Positions 1-9,251 are shown, numbered from the stretch's first letter. The stretch: 44,408 nt of DNA from a virus (IMGVR_UViG_3300020045_011998:1-44408); one strand, 5' to 3'. The notes: generated by a model not told the origin, from the sequence alone. Translations and numbers: made by a program.

Positions 1-30
1 TTTAATTTTCGAGCCTCAAAACCCCAGTAG

Positions 31-106
31 AATCAACAACTTATTTTTTGGAAGTGTCTACTTTCTGTTTTTAGAAACTGGACAATTTTTGGACAAAATT
101 GGACAA
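31..106. repeat. Left-end non-coding module: IHF-consensus site plus phased TGGACAA repeats
   Basis: AATCAACAACTTA (31-43) fits the IHF consensus WATCAANNNNTTR. TGGACAA at 79, 90 and 100. The 18-mer TTTTTAGAAACTGGACAA (68-85) recurs exactly at 44237-44254. Confidence 0.7.
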
Positions 107-285
107 ACAAGAAAAAGTTGCCTCATTTTTAAGCAACACAAATTTCCAAATTCTGTAAATGATAAAAATGAACGTTAGTAACGACTAACTTAATAACCCT
201 GCAAGCTTGTCAACTACTCTAACGCTAGTTGACTATGAGTTAAAATGGAAGCGCTTTGTTTTTAGATAAACGAAAGGACCTCTTT

Positions 286-312
286 CAATTTACAACTCCT
301 TTTTGGTATAAG
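286..312 (+). promoter_or_regulatory. Putative phage promoter, class A (TACAACT-N7-GGTATAAG)
   Basis: Same bipartite motif at 5158-5185 and 32793-32819, each heading a plus-strand gene block. Confidence 0.65.
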
Positions 313-318
313 AATAGT

Positions 319-747
319 ATGAGCACATACCCCGCTCTACCCACCCTCAACCAGGAGTCTCTCATGTCCGCATCCGATCTTTACTTCTTCTCGCAAGTCA
401 CGTTCGTTTCCGCCAGCATCATCCTCGCCCTTCTCTTCTGCGGCGCAGGCCTGCTGAGCGCAGCTCAGATAGAATTCAGTTTGGCATATGGCAAGACGTT
501 CAACTCCATTGTTCGAGAGTCTCAAAAGATCAGCCTCATCCTGGCCGACACAATGCTCGACGCAGGGCTGATCCGTTCAGGGATCCTGATCGGCCTTCTA
601 GGTGCCATTGCAGCATTCTTGCAGGCTTTCATCCCCTTCGTGATGTCAGCCATGGTTATCCTGTTTGCAATCTCCTTCATGGTCTTCGATCAGCTCAACC
701 TGATGCCGGAAGACTTCAAGATGGATGAAAGCTTACACCTCGATTAA
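319..747 (+). CDS. Hypothetical membrane protein
   Basis: ORF 256-747. ATG at 319 (MSTYPALP) lies 6 nt after TATAAG, and the upstream extension is the promoter itself. Several hydrophobic segments. Confidence 0.65.
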   Translation: MSTYPALPTLNQESLMSASDLYFFSQVTFVSASIILALLFCGAGLLSAAQIEFSLAYGKTFNSIVRESQKISLILADTMLDAGLIRSGILIGLLGAIAAFLQAFIPFVMSAMVILFAISFMVFDQLNLMPEDFKMDESLHLD

Positions 748-812
748 CCCAGTTTCTTAGGGCTTGGGATTTTCTCAAGCCTCTTTTTTGTTAGATTAAA
801 CAAGGATTTTTC

Positions 813-1979
813 ATGGAAAATTTTGATGAGTCGAGTATCGACCAAATGCTTAAAGAGCTTGCCGAAGAGAACACAGCCGCAGTTCGTGCTTATGCACGAA
901 GCACCGCCTCTCGGGAAAGGCCGGGTGATTGCTCTAGGGTAGACAATGACTCCGCAAAGATTGTCGTTCGATCTGCTACGGACTTCATTGTTCAAAACAA
1001 GATTCTTCAGCTTCACGAGCAAGGAGTCCCATTCCTTTGTGTATCCAAGAACCTTACCTGCCCTGCTGGATTCAAGATCAATGAATGGGCATCGTCCGAA
1101 CACAGCCACCCTTTCTTTGTTAACTACGAGCTGTGCTACTTGTTCTTCGAATGGGGCTGGGTTTATGCGATGATTGAGGGGGATGAAATCAACCTCGAAG
1201 CCACTGGCCGTAAAAAAGAATCTGAAGAGTGGATTAATTCCCAGAAGGACAAGTACGGATTTCTGGATAAGGTTAAGTACATCAACTGGATGTTTGGCCC
1301 TAACTATAACAAGATGCAGGTTCGACGTGTGCCCTTGGATACTACTGATCCTATTCCTTCTGCCTATCCTTGGATTGGCAAGTCAGTAGAAGAGTACGCC
1401 AAGGATTACTTGAACGACAAGGCTTCTGTTCTTATCCTGATTGGTCCCCCTGGAACCGGCAAGACCTCGTTCCTAAAGGGTCTCATTGCTCAGATGAACG
1501 GTCAAGCCTGCGTGACTTATGATTCTCACCTTCTTGCAGAAGATGGGATCTTTGCTCAGTTCACTGAAGACCGTAATATGGAGGCGATGATCTTCGAGGA
1601 TGCGGACAACTTTATAGGCTCTCGTAAAGATGGCAATCAGATGATGCATCGCTTCTTGAATGTGTCGAATGGCCTTGTCAGCCCTATGAAAGGAAAGAAG
1701 ATTATCTTCACGACAAACCTTCCTTCTGCAGACGAGATTGATCCGGCTTTGATTCGCCCTGGCCGATGCTATGAGGTACTCCACTTCAGGACCTTGAGTT
1801 TTGAAGAGGCTAAGGCAGTGGCTAAGGACTTTTACGGGGAAGAAAATAACCCTGTTTACAGAACGTTTGAAGGTGAGTGCTATCCTCTCATTGAGGATCG
1901 GCAATATACACTTGCTGAAATCACTAACCTTTCTCGGGTTGGTACAACTAAGGTAAGAAGAAAGGTTGGGTTTTTGTAA
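813..1979 (+). CDS. AAA+ ATPase
   Basis: Walker A GPPGTGKT, Walker B MIFEDAD, sensor TTN, SRH IDPALIRPGR; AAGGA RBS. Confidence 0.9.
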   Translation: MENFDESSIDQMLKELAEENTAAVRAYARSTASRERPGDCSRVDNDSAKIVVRSATDFIVQNKILQLHEQGVPFLCVSKNLTCPAGFKINEWASSEHSHPFFVNYELCYLFFEWGWVYAMIEGDEINLEATGRKKESEEWINSQKDKYGFLDKVKYINWMFGPNYNKMQVRRVPLDTTDPIPSAYPWIGKSVEEYAKDYLNDKASVLILIGPPGTGKTSFLKGLIAQMNGQACVTYDSHLLAEDGIFAQFTEDRNMEAMIFEDADNFIGSRKDGNQMMHRFLNVSNGLVSPMKGKKIIFTTNLPSADEIDPALIRPGRCYEVLHFRTLSFEEAKAVAKDFYGEENNPVYRTFEGECYPLIEDRQYTLAEITNLSRVGTTKVRRKVGFL

Positions 1980-2149
1980 TGCTTAAAAAATTTTGGATTT
2001 GGTTCGTTGGTGGCTGCGACCATAACTGGGTTATTCTGGAGCAGAACTACCTGGTCGATGGTGAAAGTGGAGTTGGCACCCCTTACGGCAAAGTATTCTA
2101 TCTTCAGTGCAGTGAATGTGGAAATGTGAAAAGGAGAATTTTATCATGA
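1979..2149 (+). CDS. 56-aa zinc-ribbon-like mini-protein (copy 1)
   Basis: Manual translation MLKKFWIWFVGGCDHNW...LQCSECGNVKRRILS; TAATG overlap with the ATPase stop; CxH...CxxC. Confidence 0.65.
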   Translation: MLKKFWIWFVGGCDHNWVILEQNYLVDGESGVGTPYGKVFYLQCSECGNVKRRILS

Positions 2150-2192
2150 GCCTTTCTACCTAATTTATCCGGCCGGGGATAGATCTCAGCTT

Positions 2193-2354
2193 ATGGTTAA
2201 AGAGATCTTTGCATGTAATTTAAGAAATTATTCTATAGCCTCAAGGAGAGAGTTTTTTGAAAAGAGTGAGGCAGTTATATACATGAAAGACCCGGCAGTT
2301 AAGCATAATAAAACTTATCCTCTTTCTATTGTTTACAACGACTACTTGGATTAA
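2193..2354 (+). CDS. 53-aa hypothetical protein
   Basis: Manual translation MVKEIFACNLRNY...YNDYLD; fills the gap between the two mini-genes. Confidence 0.4.
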   Translation: MVKEIFACNLRNYSIASRREFFEKSEAVIYMKDPAVKHNKTYPLSIVYNDYLD

Positions 2355-2356
2355 TA

Positions 2357-2497
2357 ATGCTTAAAAAATTTTGGATTTGGTTCGTTGGTGGCTGCGACCA
2401 TATATACGTACATTTTGAAATCATTAGATACCAGACAACCGTTGATTATGTATCTAGGTGTAGTAAATGCGGACGAATGCATAAATTCACAGCATAA
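2357..2497 (+). CDS. 46-aa zinc-ribbon-like mini-protein (copy 2)
   Basis: MLKKFWIWFVGGCDHIYVH...SRCSKCGRMHKFTA; first 15 aa identical to copy 1. Confidence 0.65.
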   Translation: MLKKFWIWFVGGCDHIYVHFEIIRYQTTVDYVSRCSKCGRMHKFTA

Positions 2498-2520
2498 AAA
2501 AGCGGGCCTAGTGCCCGCTT
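2496..2520. terminator. Intrinsic terminator between convergent blocks
   Basis: AAGCGGGC-ctagt-GCCCGCTT hairpin with an A-tract (U-tract on minus strand). Confidence 0.7.
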
Positions 2521-2544
2521 AGTTCTTCAAAGTGTTAGTAGATA

Positions 2545-2982
2545 CTACCATATTGGAAAATATGACTCATCGGAACTTACGCTCCCCCAGCCAGCCTGCA
2601 TGTTTTCATGAATCTTCAACTTACTAGCTGACTCCACGAAGCTAGCCTTGTGTGTATTCGCAAGGCTAGCCCACATTTCATACTTTTCTTCGATCGGGAT
2701 TTGAATGCCGCCGTCTGAATAAGACATATGGTTTCTGACTGCGATAGCCGCCTTTGACTGGAACAATTGCCAAAGAGTACCTTGAAGAAGAATGCTCTTT
2801 GACGGAAAGTTCTCTAAAGTGTATCCACCCTTCGGCGGCATGTTGTTGTATTCGTCTGCACCAAGACTGATGCAAAGTTGAATCTTGGCGTTGCTAAACT
2901 CCTCTTTGTCAAGAAGTAGGTTTACTTCCGGATAATCTTCGAGGTAAGCCCGTACTTCATCGACAGAGAGGATGTTTGGCAT
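2545..2982 (-). CDS. Putative virion structural protein (possible head-tail adaptor)
   Basis: 145-aa helical protein on the late strand; size and the N-terminal 'SVDEVRAYL' pattern resemble adaptors. Function is inference. Confidence 0.45.
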   Translation of the reverse strand: MPNILSVDEVRAYLEDYPEVNLLLDKEEFSNAKIQLCISLGADEYNNMPPKGGYTLENFPSKSILLQGTLWQLFQSKAAIAVRNHMSYSDGGIQIPIEEKYEMWASLANTHKASFVESASKLKIHENMQAGWGSVSSDESYFPIW

Positions 2983-2992
2983 AAACTATGTT

Positions 2993-3520
2993 TTACTTTT
3001 TAGTGTACTTACGAGTAACCTTTGGGGCGTCCTCTACTGGTGCGACAGGGGTAGTAGGTACAATCTCTTCAACGATCGTTTCAGGAACTTTCACTTCTTC
3101 TTCGATTTGCACAGCTTCTACTACTTCAGCGGGGATTACAATCGTTTCAGAGACCATGTCAATAACTACTTCTGCAGGAACTTCTGCTTGAGTAACAACG
3201 ACAGGAACAAAAACCTGGGTATGTTGAATTGCGACAATCTCCGGCTCAACGTGAACAGCGTTTACTTCAAGTATGCCCTGTACTACTTCAGGCACTACCT
3301 CAGCTGCTACAAAGGTAACCTCGTGTGAACTAGGATTGCTTTCACGTGGCTCTGCTGCTTCATAGAGTTCAACCTTGCCGCTGGCGACTGCCTCACGGAA
3401 TACGCCCCAACGAGCGTCACGTTCGATAACTTGGACGGTTTGACCTGGCTTGATTTCAACAAAGCCACCCTTGAATAGAAGGGTAGAGGTTTCAGTTAGG
3501 TTTTTAGCAAAGAATGGCAT
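2993..3520 (-). CDS. Hypothetical protein, paralog of 3524-3853, with a Val/Glu/Pro-rich tail
   Basis: N-terminus NLTETSTLLFKGGFVEIKPGQT aligns with NLNENSTMVFKAGALEIKPGQS. Confidence 0.75.
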   Translation of the reverse strand: MPFFAKNLTETSTLLFKGGFVEIKPGQTVQVIERDARWGVFREAVASGKVELYEAAEPRESNPSSHEVTFVAAEVVPEVVQGILEVNAVHVEPEIVAIQHTQVFVPVVVTQAEVPAEVVIDMVSETIVIPAEVVEAVQIEEEVKVPETIVEEIVPTTPVAPVEDAPKVTRKYTKK

Positions 3521-3523
3521 GGC

Positions 3524-3853
3524 TTAACCTTGTCCGAATTGGGTAACACGAGTGCCGTTGTCATCGACAACTTTACCATTCTTCTTGGCTAGGAATTCTT
3601 TAAGCTCATCTTCACTGATACCCTCACGAGTGTCGAGAGAGGCTGAGACAATCTTCTTTTCTGCGTACATCGGGGGTGGCATCACTTCTGACTCAACAAG
3701 AACCGCAAAGTCACGGCTAATGAAATCATCGAATAGGCCAGACTTTACGTCGATTTCAGAGACACGCTTTGATTGGCCCGGCTTGATTTCAAGAGCGCCG
3801 GCTTTGAAAACCATAGTTGAGTTTTCGTTGAGATTGGTAAGAAAATAGGTCAT
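3524..3853 (-). CDS. Hypothetical protein, paralog of 2993-3520
   Basis: Shared N-terminal ~55-aa domain; tightly packed operon. Confidence 0.75.
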   Translation of the reverse strand: MTYFLTNLNENSTMVFKAGALEIKPGQSKRVSEIDVKSGLFDDFISRDFAVLVESEVMPPPMYAEKKIVSASLDTREGISEDELKEFLAKKNGKVVDDNGTRVTQFGQG

Positions 3854-3871
3854 GTGTTTGATTTGATAGGT

Positions 3872-4225
3872 TTAGTAAGGATAAGACGAATAGTCTACAC
3901 TACTTTGATTGTTTTGTCCAGCTTTATTTGCAACATACGCACCGCCTCCGAGAACACCTGCAACGGCACGGGCGTCACGCGTGTTCTTTCGCATACCTTC
4001 TGCACGATCATGCAATTTAATAGCTACACGAGTTGAATACTTGTTAGGTGCATGGCTTGCCATGTGCTTTGCCAAGTCAGCTTGATTTCTAACTTTTCTA
4101 GCAGAAAATCCGCCAACGGTATCGACAGCCTTTGCTGCGCCGTGTACAATACTTGCTCCCGAGCGTACCAGTCCGCTTGGACTATTCTTTGACAATTGTT
4201 GAAGATAGCGATTGACTGGATTCAT
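3872..4225 (-). CDS. Basic Gly/Ala-rich putative internal virion protein
   Basis: N-terminal NRYLQQLSK (tag-like); C-terminal AVAGVLGGGAYVA; TAAAAT 8 nt upstream. Confidence 0.65.
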   Translation of the reverse strand: MNPVNRYLQQLSKNSPSGLVRSGASIVHGAAKAVDTVGGFSARKVRNQADLAKHMASHAPNKYSTRVAIKLHDRAEGMRKNTRDARAVAGVLGGGAYVANKAGQNNQSSVDYSSYPY

Positions 4226-4246
4226 ATTTCACAATTTTAAACGAAA

Positions 4247-5149
4247 ATGCATAAACAAAGCTATATCCCAATCAGTTACTACGACATTCCTCCTATGCCG
4301 CTCGATTATCCAATTACTGCAGAAGTAATTGAGGATAGTGTCTCCAAGTATGGAGGCAAGCGCATCACTACGCTACAGCTGGAATATCCACGATATGTTC
4401 ATGCAGAGCACCTGAAGCATCGCATGCTCTCTATTTCAGCCTCTTCTAGCAGAGCAATTCCTGTCAATAAGCTGAGCGATCGAGCTAAGTTTAAATTCGT
4501 AGAGCCGGTTCGTTGGGGTAAAAATCAATCAGGCATGCAGCCAAGCCTTGAGAATTTAACAGGGGAAGACTTAGAAATCGCAAAAGAACTTTGGGCAAAC
4601 CTGGCTCAAGCCTGTACCTCAACTGCCGAAGCTCTGGCGAAGCTGGGCCTTCACAAGCAATGGGCTAATCGCTGCCTTGAGTGGTTTTCACCAATCAAAG
4701 TTGTGATGACTGCAACGGAGTACGACAACTTCTTCGGTTTGCGTGACCATCACATGGCTCAGGAGGAGATCGCCCATCTTACACAGGCGATTAAGAATGC
4801 CATGAACGAGTCTGTACCTCGTGAACTTGGTAATAAAGAATTTCATTTGCCGTACATACCTCTTGAAATGCGCGATGAATATTCTAATCTTGATCTTTGT
4901 AAGATCTCTTCTGCATGCTGTGCAAGAACCTCTTACGCTCGCCATGCGGATGGAAGCGCATCGTCCCCTGACGAAAACCTGAAACTGTTTTCCCGTCTTC
5001 ATAGTGCACCTCCAGATCTCCCTCATGCAACACCTTTCGAACATCAGGCTAAACCGGATACTCGATGGTTCAAGTTCAGAGATTTGAATGGGAATTTTAG
5101 GGAATGGATTCAGTTTAGAAAGATTCTTCAGTATAATCTAAAGATCTAA
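4247..5149 (+). CDS. thyX: Flavin-dependent thymidylate synthase-like protein
   Basis: HLKHRMLSISASSSRAIP (RHRx7S-like), HKQWANRCLE, NFFGLR, SACCARTSY, HATPFEHQA are typical of phage ThyX proteins; start may be at a later Met. Confidence 0.8.
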   Translation: MHKQSYIPISYYDIPPMPLDYPITAEVIEDSVSKYGGKRITTLQLEYPRYVHAEHLKHRMLSISASSSRAIPVNKLSDRAKFKFVEPVRWGKNQSGMQPSLENLTGEDLEIAKELWANLAQACTSTAEALAKLGLHKQWANRCLEWFSPIKVVMTATEYDNFFGLRDHHMAQEEIAHLTQAIKNAMNESVPRELGNKEFHLPYIPLEMRDEYSNLDLCKISSACCARTSYARHADGSASSPDENLKLFSRLHSAPPDLPHATPFEHQAKPDTRWFKFRDLNGNFREWIQFRKILQYNLKI

Positions 5150-5157
5150 AACATGTT

Positions 5158-5185
5158 CAATTACAACTGACATCTTTGGTATAAG
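5158..5185 (+). promoter_or_regulatory. Putative phage promoter, class A
   Basis: CAATTACAACTgacatcttTGGTATAAG. Confidence 0.65.
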
Positions 5186-5248
5186 AGAATTAGGAAGACA
5201 ATACCTAAAATCGACCTTCGCTCTTATACTTTTACTTCAAGGAACACT

Positions 5249-5797
5249 GTGGCAACCGAAATCAAGCCGCCGCTGCGCACCGAGCAAACCTTGTTTGACA
5301 CTGTCGTCAGACGACTTCATACGCAAGGTGCACCTTGCTATAAAACAACTCTCGACGAGTGGGACCCTCACGCTTGCACCATCAACATGAATGGTCATGT
5401 CAGCGCGGTTACTGCGCTTCTTCCTATCGAGAAGCTCACAAAGCTTCGCCGAATGGTAGGGTATGACAAGCTTCAATCCATGACACCAGCGTCTATGCGA
5501 GAAGTCTGGACACCTCTTCAAGACAGTGATCCAGCTCCGCGAGATCCTTACATCGCGGAATACCGGACAATGGAGTTCTTGGAAGCAGAGGGTATTTCAA
5601 CCGCACGGCTTCTAGGTTTCACCATTCGACTGGAGGAAGCCCATCAAGAAGTCCTGCTCTCGATGATCAAAGACAAGGCCATCACTGACTATAAATGTGT
5701 TTCAACTTGGTTTGATACCTATCTTGACATGTCGTTCCGTCGAGTAGCTCTTGCCAAGTATTTGAGCTGCACCGTTCTGAATTTCTCCCGCCCGTAA
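5249..5797 (+). CDS. Hypothetical protein
   Basis: 182-aa ORF, GTG start with AAGGA RBS. Confidence 0.7.
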   Translation: MATEIKPPLRTEQTLFDTVVRRLHTQGAPCYKTTLDEWDPHACTINMNGHVSAVTALLPIEKLTKLRRMVGYDKLQSMTPASMREVWTPLQDSDPAPRDPYIAEYRTMEFLEAEGISTARLLGFTIRLEEAHQEVLLSMIKDKAITDYKCVSTWFDTYLDMSFRRVALAKYLSCTVLNFSRP

Positions 5798-5822
5798 CTT
5801 CAACCTTTTTCAAGGAGTATTT

Positions 5823-6575
5823 ATGTTTACCTCTTTCATGGCCGCCGGCCACAGCCTTCTATCCTCCAAGTCATTCAAGTGGACCGCTGCAACGATCATT
5901 GTCATCACCACCTTGTTCTGGTTCATGCTCCCCTCTTACGCAGGTGAGTGCGGGTCATGCAGCGCAAGCGTCAGTGCTGGCAAAGTCGGAGGTGTCACCA
6001 AGATTACCTCAGGCTCTCACGTCAGTCTGCAGGGCATCGGCAATGCATATAGCCAGTCTTCTGGCGTGGGTTCGATCAAAGCCACTGCATCGGCTACTCC
6101 TGGCAACCCGCTGAGCACCAAGGCCACCTCAAGTGGCTCTGTTGACGGCGTCACGTTCACCGTTGGTTCCGGTAACTATACCGGATCGTCTACCTTTAAT
6201 GGCTCTGCTGTTGCAGGCGGTAAGGCTACCGCAGACTACGCTTCGAATGGCATCAATCTGGGTGCCAAGTCTGTTGCTGATTCAGGCTACTTCAGCGGCG
6301 TCGGTGGAGCAAAAGCATCCCTGTCGTCTACGAACGGTCAAGGTGCAGCAGGCGGCGCTTCAACCAAGGCCACCTCAGTCGCTACGGCTTCTGCAACGAA
6401 ATCGTTGGCTGAGTGTGCAACGGATCTGCTCGGCAAGGGTAACACTGACATCTTCACGGAAGCTGGCGGCTACGGCAACGGCGTGATTGTGGACGGTGTG
6501 ATGCTGGCACCCGGTGCAGGCAATGTTTCAGCAGGATCTACGGCTGACGCCAAGGCCACGTTCTCGGTCAAGTAA
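5823..6575 (+). CDS. Secreted Gly/Ser/Ala/Thr-rich low-complexity protein
   Basis: AAGGAG RBS; hydrophobic signal ending in SYA; CGSC followed by a small-residue-rich body. Confidence 0.75.
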   Translation: MFTSFMAAGHSLLSSKSFKWTAATIIVITTLFWFMLPSYAGECGSCSASVSAGKVGGVTKITSGSHVSLQGIGNAYSQSSGVGSIKATASATPGNPLSTKATSSGSVDGVTFTVGSGNYTGSSTFNGSAVAGGKATADYASNGINLGAKSVADSGYFSGVGGAKASLSSTNGQGAAGGASTKATSVATASATKSLAECATDLLGKGNTDIFTEAGGYGNGVIVDGVMLAPGAGNVSAGSTADAKATFSVK

Positions 6576-6643
6576 TCCAGTTTCTCCAGCGGCAGGAATC
6601 TCTCCTGACCGCTATCACAAACCCTTTCTAACAAGGAAATTTC

Positions 6644-7546
6644 ATGAACCGTAAACTCACGTTCGGCGAAAAGATCTGCTTCGCCGGTATCCTTGCTTTC
6701 ATCTTTGCACTGGTTGCCCCTGGTGCTGCAAATGCTCAATCCACTTCTGACACTCAAGTCGGCACCAGTGCAGGTGCCAACAACGAGCTGAACATTGGGG
6801 GGGCCGGGCCTCAGACTTCCCGTGCAACCGCACTCGGCTTCGGCAGTCTGGCTACTGCACCGGGGTTGCCGATGGCTACGCTTTGCGTGACATCAGAATC
6901 GAGTGCTAAAGGCATTCTCTTCGGAGCTTACTCGGATTCAGGTTCAACACAGAAGGTGCGTGAGTTCTGCGAATTCCAGGACAACTACACGGCACTGGTT
7001 CGTACTTGCAAATTCGCAACTGCTGCAAAGCTTCAAGCGAAGTTCATGTACAAAGCGACTGGCGTTGAAATGGAGATCAGTCCTGAAGACCGCGACCTTT
7101 CCATGAAAGAATGCCTGAAGCCTCAAGTTCAGCCCGCCCCAGAACCGAAGATCGTCACTGTCGAGGTTCCGGTCCCGGCTCCGGCTCCGCCAGCAGTGAA
7201 GAAGGTGTCCCTTTCCGCCGACGCATTGTTTGACTTCGACAAGGCGGACTTGAAAGCGGAAGGGTTGAAGGCATTGGATACGCTATCAGAAGGCCTGCAT
7301 GGGGTGGACATTGCGTCTATCACTGTTATCGGTCACACTGACTCAAAGGGGGGCGATGATTATAACGTCAAGCTTTCCTACAAACGAGCAGAGGCCGTAC
7401 GCCTTCACTTGATTGGAAAGGGCGTGGACAAGAACAAGCTCATCTCCTACGGGAAAGGTGAAAAAGAACCTGTCGCCAGCAACGATACCGACGAAGGTCG
7501 CACGAAGAACCGCCGAGTAGAAATCCAAATCATCGGTCTGAAGTAA
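6644..7546 (+). CDS. OmpA-family peptidoglycan-binding domain protein
   Basis: Signal peptide (ANA), Pro-rich linker, ADALFDFDKADL, GHTDSKG, YNVKLSYKRAEAV, NRRVEI. Confidence 0.92.
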   Translation: MNRKLTFGEKICFAGILAFIFALVAPGAANAQSTSDTQVGTSAGANNELNIGGAGPQTSRATALGFGSLATAPGLPMATLCVTSESSAKGILFGAYSDSGSTQKVREFCEFQDNYTALVRTCKFATAAKLQAKFMYKATGVEMEISPEDRDLSMKECLKPQVQPAPEPKIVTVEVPVPAPAPPAVKKVSLSADALFDFDKADLKAEGLKALDTLSEGLHGVDIASITVIGHTDSKGGDDYNVKLSYKRAEAVRLHLIGKGVDKNKLISYGKGEKEPVASNDTDEGRTKNRRVEIQIIGLK

Positions 7547-7551
7547 ACACG

Positions 7552-7581
7552 GCCCGGACTAACCTCCGGGCTTTTCTCTTT
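7552..7581 (+). terminator. Intrinsic terminator
   Basis: GCCCGGA-ctaacc-TCCGGGC followed by TTTTCTCTTT. Confidence 0.8.
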
Positions 7582-7599
7582 CTATTACTAGGAAATGCC

Positions 7600-8229
7600 A
7601 TGTCCGAAATCGTCGAAACTCAAGTCCCCGTCGCAGAAATCGAAAATCTTCTCCGAGATCACCATCGCCAATACCATATCACTCATCTTCGTAAGGAAGA
7701 CCGTGTGATGGAAGAAGTCGATCCGAAGGGTGGCATCACACTGGCTTTCAAGGTTTACCGCCATACGAAGCCCAGCGGATACCCGGGATTCACAATCTAC
7801 TACGGCATCGCAATCTGCAACGACAAGGATCGTTACGACAAGCGAATCGGCCGGGAGATTGCCATCGAACGTGCCAACGACGCAGGCCTGTTCCAATGGG
7901 AACTATTCGAGATGGGATCACCTTTAACGAAGGAGGATTGGACTGATGACTATGGTACCTGTGAAATCACCCTTCATGAAGAAGCAACCTTCACTGGATG
8001 CGGAAGCTTCTCGATTGACTTGGCCCCGGAAATGGTGACAGCGAAGAGTGAGCTGGTCCCGAGCAGGTTTCTGCATATCGCTGTTGTACGAGAGATCATG
8101 AAGCACGCCCGGATTCAGTGCAATGATGCGCTGGATGATGTCTGGGAAGAATCCCTTGCAGCGAAGGTTGCGGGTGATGTGTTCGAAGCTTTAGTGTTTC
8201 CGTACATGATCGACGGGAACGTCCTGTAA
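7600..8229 (+). CDS. Hypothetical phage protein
   Basis: 209-aa ORF with RBS; GIAICNDKDRYDKRIGREIA resembles a common small phage domain. Confidence 0.7.
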   Translation: MSEIVETQVPVAEIENLLRDHHRQYHITHLRKEDRVMEEVDPKGGITLAFKVYRHTKPSGYPGFTIYYGIAICNDKDRYDKRIGREIAIERANDAGLFQWELFEMGSPLTKEDWTDDYGTCEITLHEEATFTGCGSFSIDLAPEMVTAKSELVPSRFLHIAVVREIMKHARIQCNDALDDVWEESLAAKVAGDVFEALVFPYMIDGNVL

Positions 8230-8242
8230 TTAGTAACAACTC

Positions 8243-8270
8243 GAAGAGGCCTATCCAAGGCCTTTTCTTT
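8243..8270 (+). terminator. Intrinsic terminator
   Basis: AGGCCT-atcca-AGGCCT followed by TTTCTTT. Confidence 0.65.
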
Positions 8271-8287
8271 AGCCTGGTAATTGTAAT

Positions 8288-8515
8288 ATGTATACTCAAA
8301 ACGCTGATACCAATAGCCTGTCTGCTGACAGATTCGCTGAGATTTACCTGGAAAACATGGAGCCTAAGCCGGAGCTATCCACTATAGAAGGTGTATGGTT
8401 TTGTAAGGGTCAAGACCCAACTACACTAGGTCTCACTCTTGTGGGTTGCGGAGCAACAAAGCTGGAAGCATTAGACGCCTTTGTACGTAGTCTACCTAGT
8501 TTCCGAAAAGATTAA
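8288..8515 (+). CDS. Hypothetical protein
   Basis: 75-aa ORF packed against the next gene. Confidence 0.6.
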   Translation: MYTQNADTNSLSADRFAEIYLENMEPKPELSTIEGVWFCKGQDPTTLGLTLVGCGATKLEALDAFVRSLPSFRKD

Positions 8516-8518
8516 ACA

Positions 8519-9226
8519 ATGCTAAAGACAATTACAAAATCTTCCAACAAGAAGCTTGGCGCTATCGCTGCTACGTATCGCGCAGGTGCTGGCAATGTGT
8601 ATTCGACTTGCCCGAATACATGTCCATTAAAGCCTAACCACGGACAAGGCTCAAACGAGGTTGACGCAGAGTACTTACAGGCACTACTTAAGGCCGTACC
8701 TGAAGATGGAATGAGTTGGACGTACTCACACTTCCCACGTGGAGCTATCCCCCTTCCAGGTACTACTGATGGGCCTGAAACTACGATTAACATTTCCACG
8801 GATACGGAAAGCGAAGCAATAGCTTCGTTTAATGAGGGGTATCCAACAGTGATTGTCGTGCCTTCTGACCAAGATGAGAAGATGGAACGGATCGAGGGGG
8901 TGCGCTTTGTTCGGTGCCCCGCTGAATACATTGAACACGTTACCTGTGAGGGGTGCGGTGGTGACAAGGGGCCGCTTTGCGCTAGACCTCGACGAGACTT
9001 TGTTGTAAAGTTTACCGCTCACGGAGGGTCTAAGAAGAGGATTGACATCAAGGAGGAAGGTGTCAATGGTGGGTGCTATGGCTCAGGCGGGCCTGTGCAT
9101 TTGCAATGGAAAAAGACCGCTGGCGGGGCTCAAACTAGGAGCGATGGCGAGGTGTTGACGGAGTTTGTGGCGGGGTTGGGTAGGGGGCGTATGGTAAGGC
9201 ACCATGTGTTAGGGGATGTTGGTTGA
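8519..9226 (+). CDS. Cys-rich conserved phage protein (Gp88/DUF7227-like, tentative)
   Basis: SSNKKLG, STCPNTCPL, WTYSH, RCPAE..VTCEGCGG..PLCAR, FTAHG, GCYG; family name is from recollection only. Confidence 0.55.
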   Translation: MLKTITKSSNKKLGAIAATYRAGAGNVYSTCPNTCPLKPNHGQGSNEVDAEYLQALLKAVPEDGMSWTYSHFPRGAIPLPGTTDGPETTINISTDTESEAIASFNEGYPTVIVVPSDQDEKMERIEGVRFVRCPAEYIEHVTCEGCGGDKGPLCARPRRDFVVKFTAHGGSKKRIDIKEEGVNGGCYGSGGPVHLQWKKTAGGAQTRSDGEVLTEFVAGLGRGRMVRHHVLGDVG

Positions 9227-9251
9227 CAATAATGTCAGATTGTGTTAGAGT
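9223..9251 (+). promoter_or_regulatory. Sigma70-type promoter
   Basis: TTGACA-17 nt-TAGAGT with an extended TG. Confidence 0.65.

Larger units (their letters stand above)
1977..2402 (+). repeat. Exact 48-bp direct repeat (1977-2024 and 2355-2402)
   Basis: TAATGCTTAAAAAATTTTGGATTTGGTTCGTTGGTGGCTGCGACCATA occurs twice. Confidence 0.95.

Noticed and set aside
256-318. N-terminal extension of the first ORF from TTG 256
   Set aside because: It spans the promoter motif; ATG 319 is more plausible
1977-2402. CRISPR array or DGR template/variable repeat
   Set aside because: Only two copies, 330 bp apart, both protein-coding and identical (no adenine-specific changes); no cas or reverse transcriptase gene
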